Position numbers and translations under genes: made by a program. Shown here in pieces: positions 1 through 13,794 of a stretch of 64,000 nt of DNA. The notes under the pieces are model-generated. The model searched no databases. It was given only the letters and a program-made list of their open reading frames with translations, and was not told the origin of the DNA. Each line of letters opens with the position of its first letter. Position 1 is the first letter of the stretch. Origin of the DNA: Octopus vulgaris (lineage: Eukaryota); assembly GCA_951406725.2 (NCBI GenBank), contig OX597818.1, positions 117,924,001-117,988,000 of the forward strand. The letters are read 5' to 3'.

Positions 1-629
1 ACTGTTCAAGAAATCTGTATAGATGAAATCTACTTTCTTTCACATTTGGTTTGCAAATTTTGAATACACTTTGATAATAGTTTAAAAGAATCCTTACGGA
101 TTATTTCGCAGAATACATTATTATCTTTCTGTTATTAATTATTTTTTCTAAATGCATTGCTAATTAATCTGCAAACCATTCCAGCTTGAAATTTATCTTT
201 CCATTCCACAATTGTAAGCAGTTTTAGAATATAAATTCCTTATAACAAAAGTTCCCATATGTATTATTGAATTGCATGTTTCTGGGAGGTTACTGAACAT
301 ATTATAGGTCAGATCATTCCATGTAAAACTGATACCTGTTTCAGCATTTGATTCAGTAAGACGGTTAAGAGGATTTAATGTTGAATCAAGTAATAACGGT
401 CTTAATTATAAATGATTTAGTGGTAAAGCATTAATAGATATAGCTGTGCTCCTGGCAAGCCTCTTTTATTATCAGGGATTTGGGAATTATCGGTAAGCAC
501 AAAATAACTAACAAGATTTATCCATAAATAAGTTATATAATCAGATTCTTTATCCATTGAGCGTTATGTGTACAATTGCTAATACCCCAAAGATTCGCCG
601 TAATTTTCAGTTAGTCATTGTTATTTAAA

Positions 630-872
630 GTGGAGGCGCGTGGCTTAATGTTTAGGGTGTCAGCATCATAATCGTAAGATTGTGGTTTCGATTCCTGGAC
701 TGGGCGACGCGTTGTGTTCTTGAGCAAAACACTTCATTTCACTTTGCTCCTGTCCACTCAGCTGGCAAAAATGAGTAATGCGGCGATGGACTGGCGTCTC
801 GTCCAGCTGGGGAACACATGCGCCATTGAAACCGGGAACCTGGATAGGCTTTAAAAGGGCGCATTTATTTAT
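630..872 (+). mobile_element. tRNA-derived SINE (family A)
   Basis: A-box-like TGGCTTAATG, B-box-like GGTTTCGATTCC, central GCGATGGACTGGCGTC..GTCCAGCTGGGG domain and ATTT tail. Homologous copies lie at 4925, 33597 and 57040. Confidence 0.85.
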
Positions 873-1949
873 TATAGTTATTTAAACATTTTATAGCGTA
901 CCTTCTCTGATTCTATCAAGAAACTGTGCTCCTCCTGAAAAAAAATCTTTTTTGCCAGAATTTCATCCGTTCGAATTTTCACATACAGTGTCCCTTCCTT
1001 AGTTCTTTTTCATTGTTAAAATATTAAGCACTACTACTTTTATGAAGAGTCATTCATTTATAATAACAAAGTCATCCTCTTACTTCGGTTGTTGTTTTTA
1101 CGCAAGCTTTCATTTTGTTTTCCTCAAAAGCAAGACACTCGTATTCTTCGTTCATTTAGACTTGAATTTCTTTACAGTGGAACTTTCTGGGCATTGAAGT
1201 TCAGTTGGTCCGTCTTGCATTTCGATTCTACATTTTTGCAGAAGCTTCCAGAAGAAATCCGTCTATCATTTTCCTGCATTCAAATTTCATTTGGTCATAC
1301 ATTGCATGGTATATTTCTTCCGTGTCGCGATGATCAAAATTATTGTCATTCAATTTAAATCCTAGCTTTTGTATTATTTCTCGAACGTATCTTCGCTCCT
1401 TGCGGTTTTCCTGATCTTCAGATTATTTGAACTTTGCCTGGTATTAACTTCGCATAGCATAGTTTGTAGTTATTTGTCAGCATGCTTCAAAATATGATCA
1501 GTCTTGAAATATAGTTTGTAATCCAATGGTTGCTAATGTCCTTTTAATTTAGGAACACAATCTTGGCATGTTTCAATAATACATTTCCTTGCTCTGCTTG
1601 CCTTTATGCTAAATCTTATTCGAGAATATTGAATTTATATTTCAATATAATTGTTGTATATTTACACTGACCCGGTTTGAAAGGTTTCTTATTTCTTTAC
1701 TTTTCTGGGAATTCTCGGCAAACGATAGAACTCAACTCACATTTTCATAGTAAGTTTTAAAAAAAATATATTTAATTACTTCAGAAAACCTGCGTTTAAA
1801 ACTTAAATAAAAATTTCCAATTTTGGAAGCATTTGCGTTTAAAAGAATAGCACGCAATTACGAATAAAATTCAAGAAATTTCACGCAAATTATATTTAAA
1901 ATAAAGCATAAAATATTCTATAAATTTTGAGCTGTGGCACCACCTTTAA

Positions 1950-2100
1950 GAGTTTTAAGCCAAATTAACTGACTCCAGTACCTCCAAGACTTATTATTTA
2001 AAATCTGGTAGCGATAACTGCAGCCGATCTGATAAGTCCCCGAAACTAAATACACCAACACCAGTGGTCAAGCGGTGGTGGGGGACAAACGCGGACACAC
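1950..2100 (-). mobile_element. Degraded 3' half of SINE family B
   Basis: Reverse complement matches the GTTTGTCCCCC..CGCTTGAC..GGTGT segment of the 9243 copy. Confidence 0.6.
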
Positions 2101-3354
2101 GCAAAACACATACACGCTCAAACAGGCACAAACACACACATACGCATACATATATATATATATACATATATATAAATATAATTATTACAAATTTGGGATA
2201 TATACCAATAAATAAGCAACTCCTATTTCAGGATAACCTCATGGGATATATTCAGTACCGGACAAGGATTTTGCATTATTTGTTATATTTACTTTACCTG
2301 GTTACGATCTTACGTACACTTTCAAGTCTTTCTCAGTCATCTCCCTTTAGGCTGTTTAAAGATGTTTCTTTTCTTTCCTCACTTATTAATTTTACTCGCG
2401 TCTCTCTCTTAGCAGAAACTGATTGATACAGAATTCAAGATACATAAACAAACGGCAGCAAAACATTCAGAAATTAAATAACACTAACATATTTTTATAA
2501 TATATATATATATGTCATATACATATATACATACATCTATAAACCGATCTAAAGCAACAGGAATACCAAAGGAAGGCCGGAATTTAAATTCAATGGAGAA
2601 ATTTGATGTGTAAAACGAGTAAATCTTAAGACAAGCACGGGTAGCGAAAAAATTAAACTCGTACTGCGAGGTATTACTGTATAAGTGAGGTCTGTGTGAA
2701 AGAGAGCAGGAAAGTTTACTATTTCAATGTGAAATTACATCCAAGGAACAAAATAACAACAACATGAATATTAATCTATTTCTTTAAAATTCCTATTTAT
2801 ACATTTCAGATTTCTTTTACATTCAAACATATATTTTGCTGTATTTGTATAAGTAAATACACACATATGTATGTTTAAATAAAACTTCGTATCTCTACAG
2901 AGAAATACAGGTTTAGAAACTTAAATTTATATGATATTTATATCAACATTCGCTATAGATTTTACTGCTGGGTTTTTTTTCTTTCCTTGTGTTATATAAA
3001 TTTATATGTATATTTTAGATAGCTTCCGTATTTCAATTATTTCATATTTCTTTTCAGTGTATATTTACATACTTCTAGTTTGTTTCCCTCGATAATATTG
3101 TATCACTTTCTTCTGCAATACAAAAAGTGATATATGTCAGAAAAGCTACTGAACGTGTTAACATCTGTAAACGCGCTTTAAAATACATGTCAAAATTTTA
3201 AATCTCGTTAGCGTTGATCACGGGTAATATCAAAAGCCCAAACTGATAAATATCTTTTACTGATTCAATAAAGATCACACACACACACACACATGCACGC
3301 ACGCACGCATTCACACACACAAACACACACACACGCACATACACACACTCATGG

Positions 3355-3460
3355 TAGTCCCATGGAATGGCACCTTGGGCAAGTGTCTTCTACTATAGCC
3401 TCGGGTCGACCAAGCCTTGTGAGTCGATTTGGTAGACAGAAACTGAAAGAAACCTGTCGT
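3355..3460 (+). mobile_element. Partial SINE family B (5' half)
   Basis: GGCACCTTGGGCAAGTGTCTTCTACTATAGCC...GAAACTGAAAGAA is shared with the 9243 copy. Confidence 0.75.
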
Positions 3461-3565
3461 ATATATATATATTAATATTAGGGAAGTTATTTCCGAGTTC
3501 ACAGGTGAGAGAAGATCAATTTAGTGGTACTCAAATGAACTACTCACTGTATTATATACATAAAT

Positions 3566-4560
<995 letters not shown>

Positions 4561-4924
4561 GGCTCTCTGAGTGTATGTATATATTTGTGTGTCTGTTTTT
4601 GTCCCCCCACCGTCGCTTGGCAACCGATGTTGGTTTGTTTACATCCCCGTAACTTAGTGTCTCAGGGTTCGATGTAACTGAATTATACTCTCCTACGAAA
4701 TCGCTGACCTTGGGATCGAATTTCATGCCAAATAAGTTCGCGTGTGTGGCAAGCTTGCTGACCCACCCGAGCGTTGGTACAATTTCATCTTTATCACATC
4801 CCGTTGCAGTCAACTTTGCCAATCAGCCATTGGGTGGCTATAAAATTAACCCAATCATGCCGATTGTCGGTTTAAACTTAACTTATAAGGATATAAAACA
4901 TGTGTTGTTTGTTCTTTCTCAAGA

Positions 4925-5183
4925 TACGCCTAGCTCATTAGGGCCGGTTTCCCAGTTTCCTTGGCGTATAAGTTGCCCACCTGGCCGAGACGCCGGTCCG
5001 TCGCAGGTGAGCTGCAAGAAGCAGCAGGAATGAGTCAGCAGAAGTTTCGCTTTTACCTCCTGCCGGAGTCGCATGGAACTTAGGTGTTTCGCTCGTAAAC
5101 ACACCACATCGCCCGGTCTGAGATTCGAACCCGCAATCCTCCGACCGCGTGTCCGCTGCTCTAACCACTAGGCCAAGTGCCTC
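4925..5183 (-). mobile_element. tRNA-derived SINE (family A)
   Basis: Reverse complement begins GGCACTTGGCCTAGTGGTTAGAGCAGCGG...GGTTCGAATC; homologous to the 33597 copy. Confidence 0.85.
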
Positions 5184-5738
5184 TACATATATAACATATA
5201 CATCATAGAAATTGTGATTTGTGTATGATCTGTATCAAAGAATGAAAATATTCTGAACGCGTATAAAATTCTGTATCAAACGGATTTCAATGAAATTATA
5301 TTCAGTTTTTATTTAGGTCAAAACAATGGTATCTGTGAATCTTCAAGCAATTTCATTTACTAGAAAATCTCGACACGAATGGGTTAAAGCAGGATGCATA
5401 ACCTCGACCAAACTGCCTCCCCTCAAATCTGATCTTCTTGTCTCTAATTCAGAAACCATTGTTATTACTGATGCCGTTGATGGCATCAAAAGCAACGTGG
5501 TCATTAGCAATGGATTCTTCTTCTATTGTGTTTGGCTTTTGTGAAGCTGTTAATTTCTTTCAGTTTGTACATTATCCGAATTACATAGTCTCTGGTGTAG
5601 CTTAAGTGCAATCTATCACATCTGAAACACCTGCTGAGAAAATGATATTTAAATCCCCCCATATTCTCAAATTACGGAAACTAGAAAGTAATCATTAAGC
5701 TTTATGTCTTTATATAAGGAATGAAATATTTGTGAATA

Positions 5739-5763
5739 ATGATGATGATGATGATGAGAAGAA

Positions 5764-5794
<31 letters not shown>

Positions 5795-6115
5795 AAGAAG
5801 AAGAAGGAGGAGGAGGAGGAAGTGGAGAAGAAGGAAAAGGAGAAGAAGAGGAGGCAAAAGAAGTAGGAAAAGAGGAAGAACAACAACAAGAAAAAGTAGG
5901 AAAAGAGGAGAAGAAGAAGAAGAAGAGAAGAAGAAGAAGAAGAAGAAGAAGAAGAAGGAGGAGTAGTAGTAGTAGAAGAAGAAGAACAAAAAGAAGAAAA
6001 GTTAGAAGAAGAAGAAGCAGAAGAGAAGAAAAATAGGAGAAGAAGAAGAAGAAGAAGAAGAAGAAGAAGAAGAAGAAGAAGAAGAAGAAGAAGAAGAAGA
6101 GCAGCAGCAGCAGCA
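5739..6115. repeat. (GAA)n-rich trinucleotide microsatellite
   Basis: Direct reading (GAT/GAA/GGA/GCA tracts). Confidence 0.97.
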
Positions 6116-6237
6116 AATATTGATGTATTTCTCAAAATACGTAGGAAAGGAAAATCATAGATATTGCAGTAACTGGGAAAGTACGAATGGTTGACAAAAA
6201 CTGACAAAGATTGAAATGTAGAAGCAATTAAAAGATA

Positions 6238-7075
6238 AGTAGTTAGTTAGTTAGTTAGTTAATTTGGCTCAAAAGCAAATAGCAAGGCCATGTAAGGGGA
6301 CATGGAGTTAACTACAGGCTGGTGTTCATGTAAAGAGTTCAGGCCACTTGAGGTCAAGGGAGGCTTTGAACAAAGCGGTCGTCGGCATCTTCACCATCTC
6401 GTCTGGCAGCTTGTTCCACGGATCCGCAACCCGGACGGAGAAAGCTGCTCTCCTTCGATTGAGATGAAATTGTCGCAGGTAGAGCTTTTCGGAATGACCC
6501 CGCAGCCGACGCTCTGGAGCAGGAGTGAAGAACAGCTCTTTCGAGAGGTTACACTTTTCGCTTATGATGTTGTGGGCGAGAATGAGATCACCACGGCGGC
6601 GGCGTTTTTCTAGAGAATAAAGGTCGAGCGTCCTCAGCCTTTCTTCATAGGACAAATTTTTGAGACCATGAACCATGCGGGTAGCCAGCTTCTGGACCCT
6701 TTCGAGATGCTGTATGTCTTTGAGGAGATAAGGAGAAGAGGCTTGAATCCCGTACTCCAATATGGGTCTCACCAGCGTGACATAGAGTGGTAGGAATATG
6801 GCTGCTGTGAGCATTCCGAATGACCGTCGAATCAAGAACAGAATTCTGCGTGCTTTGTTGGTAGCATGGACGCACTGGGCCGAAGGCGAAAAGGAGGAAT
6901 CCACCAAGATACCCAGGTCCTTTACCTGATCGGTAAGAGCAATGAAGAAAGTAAATGTAATTCCAACCGGGTTTCAGAAATTTCTTGGAGAAAATGGGAT
7001 CGACACGGGGGCTGGACATGCCCAGAAAATTGTATTATTGGGGGCAGTTAATGTTTTGATATTGATACTTGACCA
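6238..7075 (-). mobile_element. CR1-clade LINE, 5'-truncated 3' end (ORF2 C-terminus 6326-6907)
   Basis: Translation includes LYVTLVRPILEY, LERVQKLATRMV, LSYEERL, RRRRGDLI, RGH and FSVRVADPWNKLP, typical of the CR1 RT C-terminus. A (CTAA)n tail lies at about 6238-6260. Confidence 0.92.
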
Positions 7076-7145
7076 GTGGTTTGCATCAACCACCAGAAAT
7101 GGACAAATATTTACATAAACAGCACTGATAAGAAAAGTTTATAAA

Positions 7146-7350
7146 GTTCTATATTTAAGAGATGAGGAATTATTTACGTTATTTACATTTGACGTATATT
7201 TGTCCTCATCTAGTTTGTTGTTAATACAACGTTTCGGCTAATATACCCTCATCAGGTGCCTTCGGGAAATTTTGACTGATATACCCTCAGCAAGAACCTG
7301 GGTTCTCATTGCTAAGGTATTTATAGATGTTATTATTATTATTATTATTT
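7146..7350 (-). mobile_element. 3' part of the tRNA/(AAT)n/HHR element
   Basis: Reverse complement reads (AAT)n...GGCAC CTGATGA GGGTATATTAGCC GAAAC GTT GTATT...CAAATGTAAATAA; homologous to 8423 and 12620. Confidence 0.8.
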
Positions 7351-8094
7351 TCCTATGGCGGTTTTGCTTATTCTACCTTAAACTTTCTCTTAGGTTATAT
7401 TATTTCACTTGGCTTTTTTTCTGAGTAAGGGAGAATATAATGATTAACGTCACTTATACTTAGTGTTATCATTATACCTAAAACCCTAACTACAGTATAT
7501 AACGTCATAGAGACATATACACATGAAACGCTATGAATATTAATGACATGTATGTTGATAAGAAAATATAAATTAAGATGTACAGAAGTGCATACTTATT
7601 TATGCTCAGTTGAAAAACAAACGTGAAGAGAAATATTTTCTTTTAATTAGTTTTATTATATAAATATAACATTTTATATTATTTACAGTAGGAAAGAAAG
7701 ATAACTTTGTCGTGTAGAAGAACGACTATAAATTCATTAACTAATTTCTTAATTCTAACTAATACATTCACAAACAAATCAAAATAGACTTGTGATTAAC
7801 TTTAGACATGGCATGAAAATTACCGAAGTCTCAAAAGAGTGAGTGTCGTGGAGTTCAGTGACATCCAACAAACACTGAAGTTTTTCCCAAAATCCAGGGT
7901 TTTTATAACTGCTCAACTTGACTAAAAAGTATCGAAATCCATGACAAATATTCTTTACGAAACTTTTAGAATCTTTATATGAGCAGTTATATTAACCAAT
8001 GAAAAAAAACGAAAATAATAATTCGTCGGCAAAAACATTACGTCATATTGCCAATTCACGCCATATTTCAAAATGGCTAAAATGGTTATTGCTA

Positions 8095-8124
8095 CATTAT
8101 TATTGTTATTATTATTATTATCAA

Positions 8125-8196
<72 letters not shown>

Positions 8197-8422
8197 GGTC
8201 AGTGCCTGGAATCGCCATATGTCCGTGGGCAATTATGGAGTGAATTTTAGAGCTTGTACATCTAATATTTTCCTACCCTTCCTTAATACCAGTTCCCATA
8301 TGCTGCTTATATCTGCACTCGGTCTGCTTAGGAGGTTGTTGTGTCCTAGCATATGTGCTGTTTCTTTTAGTTTTCGCATTTTCCGGTGGTGTTCTGTGTC
8401 TAGTATTTTAACTTCTGTTGGA
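8095..8422 (-). mobile_element. PLE endonuclease C-terminal fragment followed by a deleted tRNA-like segment and (AAT)n
   Basis: Minus frame EVKILDTEHHRKMRKLKETAHMLGHNNLLSRP resembles the PLE GIY-YIG C-terminus. It is followed by GGACATATGGCG|ATTCCAGGCACTGACC and (AAT)n. Confidence 0.6.
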
Positions 8423-8524
8423 ATGTGGAGTAGTGGATAAGAGAGCGGACTACTAACCCCAAGATTCTGAGTTCTATTCCAAGCAGTTACCTGAATAATA
8501 GTAATAATAATAATAATAATAATG

Positions 8525-8590
<66 letters not shown>

Positions 8591-8614
8591 TTAATAATAA
8601 TAATAATAATATTA

Positions 8615-8680
<66 letters not shown>

Positions 8681-8830
8681 TCGATAAAATACCTTAGGAA
8701 CGAAAATCCAGTTTCGAAATTTCCCCCAAGGCACCTGATGTAGGCTGGAGAGTATACTTGCTGAAATGTTGTGTTAACAACAAACAAGATGAGGACAGGT
8801 ATCAGTCAAATGTAAATAATGTAAATAAGA
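8423..8830 (+). mobile_element. tRNA-like head + (AAT)n + degenerate HHR element, inverted relative to the adjacent PLE fragment
   Basis: TGGAGTAGTGGATAAGAG..GGACTACTAACCCC..AGTTCTATTCC head, (AAT)n at about 8494-8677, and an HHR-like motif at 8730-8775. Confidence 0.8.
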
Positions 8831-9242
8831 TGAGTTTACTTCAGTACCAATATGATTTGAACGCACAACGTAAAGCCTTGGAAGGAAATGAATCTAAGGA
8901 TTTCGTCTTGCGTGAGGTACCGGTATCGATACCCAGATTCTCCACGTTATCATTCATAGGCGCAGGAGTGGATGTGCACGCTGCAATTGTTTCCGTTCCA
9001 GCACACGATCTCAGATCAGGTCACTTGCTATGCAGGTACATCTCCGGACATATTTCAAAAGTACGATACAAGAGTAAACCATGAGTGATCAATAACGAAA
9101 GAAATATAGTACGATAACATTTTATAACATGGATTTCTTCTTTTCGTCTAATCCGATAAACTAGCTTAATATCTGCATTAATTTAAAGAGTGTTTATAGT
9201 AATGTAGCTATGTAATTTATTTATTTATTAAAACATATCATA

Positions 9243-9407
9243 GGCGCAGGAGTGGCTGTGTGGTAAGTAGCTTGCTAACCAACCTCATGGTTCCGGGTTC
9301 AGTCCCACTGCGTGGTATCTTGGGCAAGTGTCTTCTGCTATAGCCCCGGGCCGACCAATGCCTTGTGAGTGGATTTGGTAGACGGAAACTGAAAGAAGCC
9401 TGTCGTA

Positions 9408-9484
<77 letters not shown>

Positions 9485-9693
9485 TTGTGTGTCTGTGTTT
9501 GTCCTCCTAGCATTGCTTGACAATCGATGCTGGTGTGTTTACGTCCCCGTCACTTAGCAGTTCGGCAAAAGAGACCGAAAGAATAATTACTGGGTTTACA
9601 AAGAATAAGTCCCGGGGTCGATTTGCTCGACTAAAGGCGGTGCTCCAGCATGGCCGCAGTCAAATGACTGGAACAAGTAAAAGAGTAAAAGAG
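9243..9693 (+). mobile_element. tRNA-derived SINE (family B) with internal (TA)n(TG)n
   Basis: TGGCTGTGTGG A-box, GGTTCAGTCC B-box-like motif and AAAAGAGT tail. There are many homologous copies in the window. Confidence 0.9.
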
Positions 9694-9811
9694 TATAAGA
9701 AAAATTATCTACGAATGTTTTATTACGTTATCAAACGATGGTGGTTACATAAGAATGAATTTCCAATGGCTAAATAAATTTATCATACTATATTTCTCTC
9801 GTAATTCATAA

Positions 9812-9855
<44 letters not shown>

Positions 9856-10130
9856 GCGGTCAGACATATTTGTCATAAGTACCACACCATATATTTACTA
9901 GGGTTCAATCGATTAAACTTATGAGGCATATATTTAACAAGGTGTTAAATTTTTTTAGATATATATTTTTATAATTTCATTGGACTCAAATTATTGAATA
10001 TGTTATTATACGTAGTAACTAATTGTTTTTCGTATAGCATATATTCTGTTTCTGATTCCGTTTACTTTCGTTTTTAGAGACCCATTAGGATTCATTTTAT
10101 CTACTTTGTAGAATTTAAATTCTATGGATC

Positions 10131-10131
10131 C

Positions 10132-10204
<73 letters not shown>

Positions 10205-10215
10205 CCTAAGTGTGT

Positions 10216-10260
<45 letters not shown>

Positions 10261-10437
10261 TATAAATATACATACATATATACACACACATACATATATA
10301 CACGCATATATAAATATGCATACATATATATACATAGATGCATATATATATATATATACATATATATTTATACACACATATATTTATATATACGCACACA
10401 CACGCGTGCACACACACACATACACACATACACGCAA

Positions 10438-10511
<74 letters not shown>
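10131..10511. repeat. (ATCT)n/(TA)n/(CA)n compound microsatellite
   Basis: Direct reading. Confidence 0.97.
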
Positions 10512-10516
<5 letters not shown>

Positions 10517-11093
10517 GCAATGAAGATCCCCATGCGAATTGCATTCTTCAAAACAGCTGTCATGAATATGAATATTCACTTTTTTTTTTGAAATTTTGTT
10601 CCACATTCTTTGAATTCCATTACATTTTTATGTTGTTATATATAGAATTGACAACAAAAGGAATGGTTGCAAATATGTAAATTCTTAATGTTATTTCAAA
10701 TTGTCTTTATTGTCAGAATCAATTATACTTTTATAAATATTCCTCATATTTATGTAATATTTTGTCTTTAGTTAAACTTTAAATTTCGTTTTCTCAATGC
10801 GTATTTCTTTTCTCACCGTCGAAAGTTTGTTTCTGTATTTTTCTTTTTTTTGCATCATATAAAACCATAAGAACGTTATGTCAGAGAATTTCCGGGTAAC
10901 GAATTCTACTATTCCGACTAAACAAATGCAGGAAACGCTTGACAAATGTTGGAAATCATTACAGTTTACGATGTCAAAACCTGAATAGCACATACTTATT
11001 GCAATCTACCATTGGAACCTCCGTTGAAACATACAGCCCTTTCTTTAACAACTTTTGTCACTACTCTCATTTTCTTTCTTTCAGTCTGTCTGC

Positions 11094-11141
<48 letters not shown>

Positions 11142-11159
11142 CTCTCTCTACCTCTCTCG

Positions 11160-11490
11160 AAGATAGGTGTATCAACACAAGCAAATGTATTAGATTTGAC
11201 ACGCGGTGAAAATGGAAGTCTTTTAGATTTCGAGCCAACACTCTTCGACTGAAAGGAATACGAGGAAATAAAATGAGAAAGAATGAAAGAAAAAAAAGTG
11301 TTGAGTTCAGTGGTCCAACATGGCGAATTATTGGAAAACAAGGTTAAATGAAAGGGACATAATAATAAAGGGAAGTTGAATGAAGGAGAAATACTTCATG
11401 GTGATGCCGAAAAGAGGAGGAGCGCAAGCGATTGTGAGTACCTGACAATGGTATGTGTGAATGGGGGAGAGTGAGTTTGACGTGAGAGTG
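11160..11490 (-). mobile_element. Degraded PLE-type terminal repeat (same family as 29050-29395)
   Basis: Reverse complement CAGTCGAAGAGTGTTGGCTCGAAATCTAAAAGAC is similar to 29261-29294. Confidence 0.55.
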
Positions 11491-12065
11491 TGTGTGTGTG
11501 TGTGTATGAAAAGTGTGTGGGTTCATATGTCTATATATGCACACACACACATACACACACACACACACACAAGCACACGCATACACACATATATCGTCAA
11601 GAGATGGAAGCTAGATTTTCTCAGTACAGTAAACGCGTAGTAGTTCCCAAATAGATTTGAACTTAAACCCTGAATTCTTAATTCAGAGCAAGAGCCGCAA
11701 TGTCAAGGATGGCTGTAATAGTATTCCAGAAAAACTTGATATGGGGGTAGTGATGCAGATAAATTCAATTGGATTTGACATCTATATATATTTTGCATTC
11801 TACAAAACAGCTGTCATGAATATGAATGTTGTCTGTTTAAAGTTTGCTCTATATTTTTTGAATTCCATTAAATCATATATATGTGTGTGTGTTTGTTGGT
11901 GTGTGTGTTTGTTGGTGTGTGTGTTTGTTGGTGTGTGTGTTTGCGTGTGTATGAGTATATAAAATTTTATAGGATTCAAAGAATATGGAACAAACTTACA
12001 AATTTTAAACAAACATATATATGATTTAGTGTATATATATTCTTGTTTATGCATGTTTTTGTATG

Positions 12066-12118
<53 letters not shown>

Positions 12119-12213
12119 ATGTATATATATATATAAATATATATATATAAATTTGTATAAATATACGTATATATACATATATATTTATATTTATACACAC
12201 ACACGCATATGTA

Positions 12214-12610
12214 GGTGCAGAAGTGGCTGTGTGGCAAGTAGCGTACCTACCAACCATATGGCTGCTGGTTCAGTCCCACTGTGCGGCAACTTGGACAAGT
12301 GTCTACAACTATAGCCTTGTGCCGACCAAAGCCTTGTGAGAGTATTTGGTAGAGGGAAACTGAAAGAAATCCATGTATATATATGCATATATACATGCAT
12401 GTTTGTGTGTCTGTTTTTGTCCCCCTCCACCACCGTTTGACAACAGATGTTGGTGCGTTTATGTTCCTGTAACATAGCGGTTCGGCAAAAAGACCGATAG
12501 AATTAATTTTGGATTTAAAAAGAATAAGAACTGGGGTCAATACTCCGACTACAGTCGGTGCTTCGCCTTGGCCCCAGTTAAACGACAGAAACAAATGAAA
12601 GAATGAAATA
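12214..12610 (+). mobile_element. tRNA-derived SINE (family B)
   Basis: Colinear with the 9243 copy. Confidence 0.88.
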
Positions 12611-12619
12611 ATAAAAGAA

Positions 12620-12709
12620 GACATATGGCGTAGTGGTTAAGAGCGCTGGCTACTAACCCCAAGATTCCGAGCTCGATTCCAGGCAGTGACCTGAATAATA
12701 ATAATAATG

Positions 12710-12751
<42 letters not shown>

Positions 12752-12890
12752 TCGAAAAATACCGAGATTCGAAATTTCCCCAAGACACCTGATGAATGGT
12801 GGAAGGTACATCAGCCGAAACGTGTTAACAACAAACAAGATGTGGTCAAATATCCGTCAAATGCAAATAATGTAAATAATGAAAATAATT
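12620..12890 (+). mobile_element. tRNA-like head + (AAT)n + HHR element
   Basis: GACATATGGCGTAGTGGTTAAGAGCGCTGGCTACTAACCCC..GAGCTCGATTCC, then (AAT)n, then GACAC CTGATGA...CAGCC GAAAC GTGTT at 12784-12826. Confidence 0.82.
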
Positions 12891-13063
12891 CATACATACA
12901 GATTTACATGGAACACGATATAATATATACGCAAGAGCTATTTCAGGAAGCTGCGTGCTACGTAATAAACCTAATTGCATTAATTTTTTAAGAGCTCTCG
13001 TGTTTTGAGGGATTTTCCTCAGAAAATATATATCAACTCGTGTGTTCCTTTTCAACCTTCTAC

Positions 13064-13135
<72 letters not shown>

Positions 13136-13715
13136 TATATAAATTTTAAACTAAATGGGTATTATTACCATTATTAAAAATAAAAATCTAGTATATTAAT
13201 ATTCTTGTGTTTTTATCCGTCACAACATGTGAATTGGAAAGGAAGAGGTGATAGATGAATAAGGAAGATGTGTAAAACATAAAACAGCGTTTCATCTCTG
13301 TTTGTCTATGTTTGTGTGTTTGTGAAAAAGGGACTATGTGAATATTTGTGTGTGTGTGTGTGTGTGTGCAATGGAAGTGGGATGGTGAATATTCAACGGT
13401 GAAAAGGAAAAACTCAAACAGCGTTTCAACTCTGTGTGGGTGTATGTGTGTGCGTGTACAAGGTAAGTGTGTGACCGTTTGTATGTGTGAACCAGCGTTC
13501 TTTCTGTAATAAACGATGATCGATATCACATCTCTAGAGACAACCACTAGATAACTTTGGCAAGTGTATTAATTTGATTTACCATCCATATTCTATGTTT
13601 TGTTAAAAGTAATTACTACAATCACACACACCTACACATACATATACATATGCATGGCCCGTTTGTCACACTTTGTGGTATTTTTCAAATATATATATCA
13701 ATGTTCAGATTCGAG

Positions 13716-13794
13716 GTTCCGATGAAGCTTTAGAGCGTTACTCAAACACTCAACTATGAGTCCACCGCATCAAATAGCAGAAACAGCTATAAAC
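13716..13794 (+). ncRNA. Degenerate minimal hammerhead motif
   Basis: GTT CCGATGA AGCT...AGCA GAAAC AGCT ATA AAC. Confidence 0.45.

Noticed and set aside
1-1949. Possible Kolobok-like end (CCACCTTTAA) with decayed coding-like sequence to its left
   Set aside because: There is no matching second terminus in the window and no recognisable transposase motif.
4815-4860. CCAAT boxes plus TATAAA promoter-like cluster
   Set aside because: It is wedged between SINE fragments with no downstream exon, so it could be chance.
10515-10570. HHR-like 3' halves (AAAACAGCTGTCATGAA here and at about 11803)
   Set aside because: The GAAA box is mutated and no intact CUGANGA is present, so it is too degraded to call.
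12620-12692. Possible genuine tRNA gene (ACT anticodon-like loop)
   Set aside because: The acceptor and T stems are imperfect, the copies are divergent, and it is always attached to (AAT)n; it is treated as repeat-derived.
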